DNA of 20,000 nucleotides from an uncultured virus (IMG/VR IMGVR_UViG_3300009169_000002) (Duplodnaviria > Heunggongvirae > Uroviricota > Caudoviricetes), in the IMG/VR virus record IMGVR_UViG_3300009169_000002; one strand, 5' to 3'. A program made the translations under genes and the position numbers. Below are positions 16,240 through 20,000 of this stretch, piece after piece (position 1 is the first letter of the stretch; each line of letters starts with the position of its first letter). A model generated the notes under the pieces. The model saw nothing but the letters and a program-made list of their open reading frames with translations. It was not told the DNA's origin and searched no databases.

Positions 16240-16431
16240 ATGTACGCACGCGACCTGAAGGCCGGTCAGCGCTTCCAGTTTGTCAACGCTTTTGGCAACG
16301 TCCCCGTGAGTGCCCCCGTGTACACGGTAACCCGTGACGCGCAGCGCGCAAGCGAGCCCGGGTACTGGATCGTCCACACCAACCTCGAGCGGTGGGCGGG
16401 TCGCGGTCGTTCCCCTGTGGTGCTGCTGTGA
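16240..16431 (+). CDS. Small hypothetical protein (63 aa, MYARDLKAGQRF...)
   Basis: GAGG RBS, ATG right after the upstream stop codon. Confidence 0.7.
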   Translation: MYARDLKAGQRFQFVNAFGNVPVSAPVYTVTRDAQRASEPGYWIVHTNLERWAGRGRSPVVLL

Positions 16432-16634
16432 CCGCAAAGCGCGTCACGCTCAAGTCCAAGGGGTTCGACCGGGCATACCACGTCCTGCTGGACGGTGTCA
16501 AGGTCGGCGAGGTAACCCGGCAAATTGCTAGCACCACGTACACCGGCAAGGTGAACGACGGTAAGCGGGACTGGCAGGTCTGGGGGTTGAACCAAAAGGA
16601 AGTCATTGCTGTGGTGGAAATGTACCTCACGTGA
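16428..16634 (+). CDS. Small hypothetical protein (68 aa, MTAKRVTLKSKG...)
   Basis: GTGA start/stop overlap with the upstream ORF. Confidence 0.65.
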   Translation: MTAKRVTLKSKGFDRAYHVLLDGVKVGEVTRQIASTTYTGKVNDGKRDWQVWGLNQKEVIAVVEMYLT

Positions 16635-16660
16635 CCTTCCCAAATGGAATCACGAAACCC

Positions 16661-16689
16661 TTGACAACCGGATGCATCCGGACCATACT
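16661..16689 (+). promoter_or_regulatory. Early promoter TTGACA-17-CATACT with perfect 14-bp palindrome CCGGATGCATCCGG in the spacer
   Basis: Consensus -35, exact spacing. Confidence 0.85.
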
Positions 16690-16714
16690 TGCGTCACCTA
16701 CTAAGGAGACCGAC

Positions 16715-16972
16715 ATGCCCCAAGTCAAAATGACCGAACTCCCACGCACCGAGCTTGCACAGTTCGACTGGATAGTTGGTCCGGTTTATGCAGCGCACGT
16801 TGCGGACCTGTACGACATAGCGCTTGTGTATCAGGGTCCGGGAGCGTATGCAGTGGTCCGCCCCTCGCACCAGGCCTACGTCGCATGCTGCCCCAACGAG
16901 CGCAAAGCGCAGCAACTCATCGAGTCGCTTGCTGACGCGCTGTCCGACGACGAGCGCACCCGACCCGTCTAA
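16715..16972 (+). CDS. Small hypothetical protein (85 aa, MPQVKMTELP...)
   Basis: TAAGGAG RBS. Confidence 0.78.
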   Translation: MPQVKMTELPRTELAQFDWIVGPVYAAHVADLYDIALVYQGPGAYAVVRPSHQAYVACCPNERKAQQLIESLADALSDDERTRPV

Positions 16973-16995
16973 CCCCTGCAACATCTGGACCAACT

Positions 16996-17019
16996 AAGGG
17001 CGCGGAGGCGCCCTTTTTT
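16996..17019 (+). terminator. Intrinsic terminator
   Basis: AAGGGCGC-GGAG-GCGCCC followed by T6. Confidence 0.88.
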
Positions 17020-17032
17020 GCGTCCAAAAGAC

Positions 17033-17062
17033 TTGCCCTCCCCGCGCGGTTCATGGTACAAT
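17033..17062 (+). promoter_or_regulatory. Promoter TTGCCC-18-TACAAT (extended -10) followed by GGTCCAAA
   Basis: Second copy of TGGTACAATGGTCCAAA. Confidence 0.7.
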
Positions 17063-17124
17063 GGTCCAAACGGGTTGCGCCCGGGTCGTGCTGCACGGCA
17101 GCGAAAATAAAGTGGACGCACCCC

Positions 17125-17153
17125 TTGCCTCCTGCATCCGGATGACCCATACT
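17125..17153 (+). promoter_or_regulatory. Early promoter TTGCCT-17-CATACT with TGCATCCGGATG box
   Basis: Exact spacing, UP element. Confidence 0.75.
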
Positions 17154-17179
17154 ACCAACAGTTCAACAGGAGACCCGAC

Positions 17180-17458
17180 ATGCCCCAAGCCCACACCGCT
17201 CGCATCGTTACCTTCCACCGCTCGCAGGGTTGGACCACAATAACGCTTGACCTCACGAAAAAGTCCGTGGCGGTTTGGGCGCGGTCGGTCGGGTACACGG
17301 TCACCGGCGTCAAGGAGCAAAGCTCCAACCCGCGCATGCAGTTCCGCGCCGAAATGGTGGGTGAACCCATTATTGCGGAACTGGTCGGTCCCATGTACGA
17401 CGGGGACGGGGTTGTGCGGTACGAAAGCACCGAAGCCTATGACGCGCTGTCAAGGTAA
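17180..17458 (+). CDS. Small hypothetical protein (92 aa)
   Basis: AGGAG RBS. Confidence 0.78.
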   Translation: MPQAHTARIVTFHRSQGWTTITLDLTKKSVAVWARSVGYTVTGVKEQSSNPRMQFRAEMVGEPIIAELVGPMYDGDGVVRYESTEAYDALSR

Positions 17459-17476
17459 ATAAATCAGCGCGGGGGC

Positions 17477-17505
17477 TTGACCTCCCCCGTGCGTTGACCT
17501 AAGCT
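17477..17505 (+). promoter_or_regulatory. Early promoter TTGACC-17-TAAGCT
   Basis: Exact spacing, AAATAAAT UP element. Confidence 0.75.
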
Positions 17506-17531
17506 GCTCACAGTTCAACAGGAGCCCCGCA

Positions 17532-17681
17532 ATGACCTTCGACCTGCACATTGACGCAAGCATCCGCGACCTGCTGCTGCAAGCGCTCGCGCCCCTTGCC
17601 ACGCCCGGTTCCGAAGCGGAAGCTGTAGCTGACATGCTGCGCGACCTCGAACCCACTGGTCTCAACGACCTCACCGCCTAA
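17532..17681 (+). CDS. Small acidic hypothetical protein (49 aa, MTFDLHIDASIRDLLLQ...)
   Basis: Manually translated; AGGAG RBS; stop overlaps the next RBS. Confidence 0.7.
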   Translation: MTFDLHIDASIRDLLLQALAPLATPGSEAEAVADMLRDLEPTGLNDLTA

Positions 17682-17690
17682 GGAGTTGAC

Positions 17691-17993
17691 ATGCCCCTCC
17701 GCATCTGCTATCACCCGCTGCTCGCGCAACAGCAAGTCAACACGCGCATGCTCCCCTTCGCCATGTTCGGTATCACGGGAGGGTACGGTCGCACACGCGC
17801 TGCACTGGTCGACGCTGTGCGCAACGGGAACCATGTGGTCGCCCGGGGCTTGTTCGACAAGCTTGTGCTCGAGGGTGTACGGGACGACGTTAAGGAAAAC
17901 GGAATCACCGAGCGGGAAGCGTACGACGGTCTAGCCCTTGCATGCAAGAACGAGACCATGTTCGCCGGGTTTGTGGTGGAGGGTGCGCTGTGA
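17691..17993 (+). CDS. Small hypothetical protein (100 aa)
   Basis: TAAGGAG RBS. Confidence 0.78.
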   Translation: MPLRICYHPLLAQQQVNTRMLPFAMFGITGGYGRTRAALVDAVRNGNHVVARGLFDKLVLEGVRDDVKENGITEREAYDGLALACKNETMFAGFVVEGAL

Positions 17994-18211
17994 CCATCCT
18001 CATGACCATTAAGGTCCACGAAGGGGGAAACCCGAACAACCCCGTTGTCAAGCTCCACGTCGAAAGCGACGGGACCGGCCACAGCTTCACCGTCCGAGCC
18101 GGCGGGAAGGCCCTGCTAGCGGATGGAAGCAAGAATCGTTCGCATCCGGTGCTGAGCGCAGCGACTCAGGATGCACTGCGGGAGGCGACCGCTGTGGTCA
18201 CCGACCTGTAG
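17990..18211 (+). CDS. Small hypothetical protein (~73 aa, MTILMTIKVHEGG...)
   Basis: GGAGG RBS and GTGA overlap with the upstream stop codon. Confidence 0.7.
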   Translation: MTILMTIKVHEGGNPNNPVVKLHVESDGTGHSFTVRAGGKALLADGSKNRSHPVLSAATQDALREATAVVTDL

Positions 18212-18231
18212 AGGGTTGCAAGAATTGGACC

Positions 18232-18257
18232 AAAGGGAGCCTCCGGGCTCCCTTTTT
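18232..18257 (+). terminator. Intrinsic terminator
   Basis: AAAGGGAGCC-TCCG-GGCTCCC followed by T5. Confidence 0.88.
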
Positions 18258-18274
18258 ATTTTTCACGCAGGGGC

Positions 18275-18304
18275 TTGACGTGCATCCGCTAGATGTGGTA
18301 CAAT
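18275..18304 (+). promoter_or_regulatory. Promoter TTGACG-18-TACAAT (extended -10) followed by GGTCCAAA
   Basis: Third copy of TGGTACAATGGTCCAAA; spacer begins TGCATCCG. Confidence 0.75.
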
Positions 18305-18333
18305 GGTCCAAACGTCTGCGCGACGCGCCCGAA

Positions 18334-18481
18334 TTGCTGCGCTGCACTGTGGATAAATCTGTTCATAACTCTCACCATGCGTCGATCGGTCATGCCCCCT
18401 TGCGTCGGTACAGGGTCGGTCGAAAATCGCTTAAATCGCGTTAGGCGCGGTTCTACGTGGAATGCAAGTCTTGGACCAACT
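18334..18481. repeat. Copy B of the ~150-bp non-coding module with tandem DnaA boxes
   Basis: Perfect DnaA box TGTGGATAA (=TTATCCACA) at 18348 and TGTTCATAA at 18360; colinear with 14972-15120. Confidence 0.85.
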
Positions 18482-18508
18482 ATTTGCCGAAAATAGTTCG
18501 AAAAAGGG

Positions 18509-18537
18509 TTGACGTCTGGATGTAGTTGACGCATACT
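18509..18537 (+). promoter_or_regulatory. Early promoter TTGACG-17-CATACT
   Basis: Exact spacing, AAAATAGTTCGAAAAA UP element. Confidence 0.8.
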
Positions 18538-18563
18538 TGCTTCAGGTTCAACGGGAGAGCGAC

Positions 18564-18926
18564 ATGACATTAGAAGTAGGCGTTCGAGGATGGCTCCGGG
18601 CAACGAGCAAGCGCACCGAAGACGGTGACGTGGTTGTGGTGGAGGACTTCAACGTCATCGCTCGGGACGCTACTGGTCGCCAGTGGGTCCATGAGGTCAC
18701 CTTCGCGGGTCGCGTTGGTGAGACCGAGGAAGGTTTCGGTTACGGTGTGGACGGGGACGAAGCTGCTGCACAGCGCTTGGCGGACCGCGTCAACGCGCAC
18801 CTCGCTCACGAGGGTACACTGGACGCGCGTCGCTGGACCGAAATCGAGGCGGCTTACGGTTCCGAGGCTTATGTCAACGGCGGGGGCGAGGAAGCGCTTA
18901 TCGCTTGGGAGCGCTCGGTCCGCTGA
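18564..18926 (+). CDS. Acidic hypothetical protein (120 aa, MTLEVGVRGW...)
   Basis: GGGAG RBS before ATG 18564. Confidence 0.78.
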   Translation: MTLEVGVRGWLRATSKRTEDGDVVVVEDFNVIARDATGRQWVHEVTFAGRVGETEEGFGYGVDGDEAAAQRLADRVNAHLAHEGTLDARRWTEIEAAYGSEAYVNGGGEEALIAWERSVR

Positions 18927-18946
18927 AAATAAAGATGCACGGGGGC

Positions 18947-18975
18947 TTGACTCCCCGTGCATCCTGACCCACACT
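18947..18975 (+). promoter_or_regulatory. Early promoter TTGACT-17-CACACT with TGCATCCTGAC box
   Basis: Exact spacing, UP element. Confidence 0.7.
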
Positions 18976-19001
18976 ACCTCCATCGACTACTGGAGCACGA
19001 C

Positions 19002-19292
19002 ATGAAACCCGAACTCATTGGACCGCCCGACCTCCGCAGCATGACGCAGCGGCAGCGCTTGAACCACCTCAAGGCGCAGGGCATCGAGCTGGACCTCGCT
19101 ACCTCCCACGGGGGCGGGAACCGGGACCACGGGACATGGAGCGTCGAGTTCCGCGGACCGGGACTGCCCAACCGCTACACCCAAATTCAGGTCCGCTGCC
19201 GCACGTACAGCGGCAAGTTCGACGGGAAGCGCGCGTGCGAGCGGGAAGCCAAGGAGCTCGCGGTCGCTCGGATGCTCGGGTTGGACGACTGA
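19002..19292 (+). CDS. Small hypothetical protein (96 aa, MKPELIGPPD...)
   Basis: GGAG RBS before ATG 19002. Confidence 0.75.
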   Translation: MKPELIGPPDLRSMTQRQRLNHLKAQGIELDLATSHGGGNRDHGTWSVEFRGPGLPNRYTQIQVRCRTYSGKFDGKRACEREAKELAVARMLGLDD

Positions 19293-19311
19293 AAATAGTT
19301 CGCCCGGGGGC

Positions 19312-19340
19312 TTGAACTCCCGGGCGTGTCGACGTACAAT
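19312..19340 (+). promoter_or_regulatory. Early promoter TTGAAC-17-TACAAT followed by GGGTCCA
   Basis: Exact spacing, AAAATAGTT UP element. Confidence 0.75.
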
Positions 19341-19365
19341 GGGTCCACGTTAACAGGAGACTGAC

Positions 19366-20000
19366 ATGGCCGAACTCGAAGGTGTGCAGAGGGAGAAGGT
19401 GCTGGACCGCGTCCGCAAGATGCTGGCTCTGGCGAACGACGACGGTGCAGCCGAGGGTGAGCGGGACAACGCGCTCCGCATGGCGCACAACACGCTCGCC
19501 AAGTACGAAATGACGCTCATCGAGCTCGACGCATTTGCGCGCGAGAAAGCGGACCCGCGCGGACGCTTCGACACCGAGGGTTGGAACCTGCTGTGGTGCA
19601 GGTACATCCGGCAGACGGTCGCCCGGCTGTTCGGTTGCGAGTACCTGCAAGGGGGCAAGATTAACGCCACGCGCGGTCGGCACATTTACATCGGTCGCAC
19701 AAGCAACACCGCGACCGCTGCGTACATGAGCGACTTCATTATCCAGGGTGTCATCCGCGAAGCGGACAAGCGCTACGGCCACCGGCTCAACCCGGAAGGT
19801 CGCTCGTTCTGCACCGGCGTGAGCGACCGCTTGCGGGTCCGCGTGCGGGAGCTACAGGAAGCGAACCGCAAGGAACTCGAAGCCACCCCCGGCACAGCGC
19901 TTGTGCTTGCGGACTACTGGCGCACCGAGGCGGAAGCGAACGACGAGTGGATGACCGCCAACATGAAGGTCGGCAAGGCCCGGGCCGTTGCGCGCAGCAG
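19366..20000 (+). CDS. DUF2786-domain protein, 3' end runs off the window
   Basis: Manually translated MAELEGVQREKVLDRVRKMLALANDDGAAEGERDNALRMAHNTLAKY, the DUF2786 pattern; AGGAG RBS; frame open to 20000. Confidence 0.85.
   Translation, partial: MAELEGVQREKVLDRVRKMLALANDDGAAEGERDNALRMAHNTLAKYEMTLIELDAFAREKADPRGRFDTEGWNLLWCRYIRQTVARLFGCEYLQGGKINATRGRHIYIGRTSNTATAAYMSDFIIQGVIREADKRYGHRLNPEGRSFCTGVSDRLRVRVRELQEANRKELEATPGTALVLADYWRTEAEANDEWMTANMKVGKARAVARS

Noticed and set aside
14927..18479. TGCAA-N5-GGACCAA boxes as antisense promoter -35 elements (TTGCA on the minus strand)
   Set aside because: Of the three copies checked (14927, 15102, 18463), only 15102 has a plausible -10 (TATAAA at 16 bp), so this does not explain the motif in general.
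19099..19782. 227-aa minus-strand ORF
   Set aside because: Overlaps the plus-strand DUF2786 gene and its promoter, which have RBS and motif support.

Overview
A 20-kb segment of a GC-rich tailed dsDNA phage genome, probably infecting a proteobacterium. No structural genes, integrase or classical family A/B DNA polymerase are visible. Bases 1-12838 are a minus-strand DNA metabolism arm. In transcription order it encodes an AlpA-like HTH protein, a Prim-Pol/NrS-1-like primase-polymerase with a C-terminal DUF3987-like ATPase, MazG, RNase H, two small fibronectin-III-like proteins, an ATP-dependent ligase, a Sak4-like ATPase, a DUF669 SSB-like protein, a Cas4-like nuclease and a RadD/YejH-like SF2 helicase ending in an SSB-type DDDIPF tail. 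A 7-copy GATC-containing iteron-like array (12838-13026) precedes this arm. An AT-rich palindromic divergence point lies at about 14186-14520. The region 13033-20000 is an early/host-takeover region of about 19 small ORFs with 15 sigma70-type promoters, intrinsic terminators and several recurring fixed-spacing motifs. These motifs are a GCATCCGGA spacer box, a TGCAA-N5-GGACCAA box, TACAATGGTCCAAA promoters and CAGTTCAACAGGAG leaders. The most striking unexplained element is a ~150-bp non-coding module present twice (14972-15120, 18334-18481) that carries tandem DnaA boxes, a GATC, a phased A/T arm and the GGACCAA box. Protein family calls come from motif recognition only; no database search was run.
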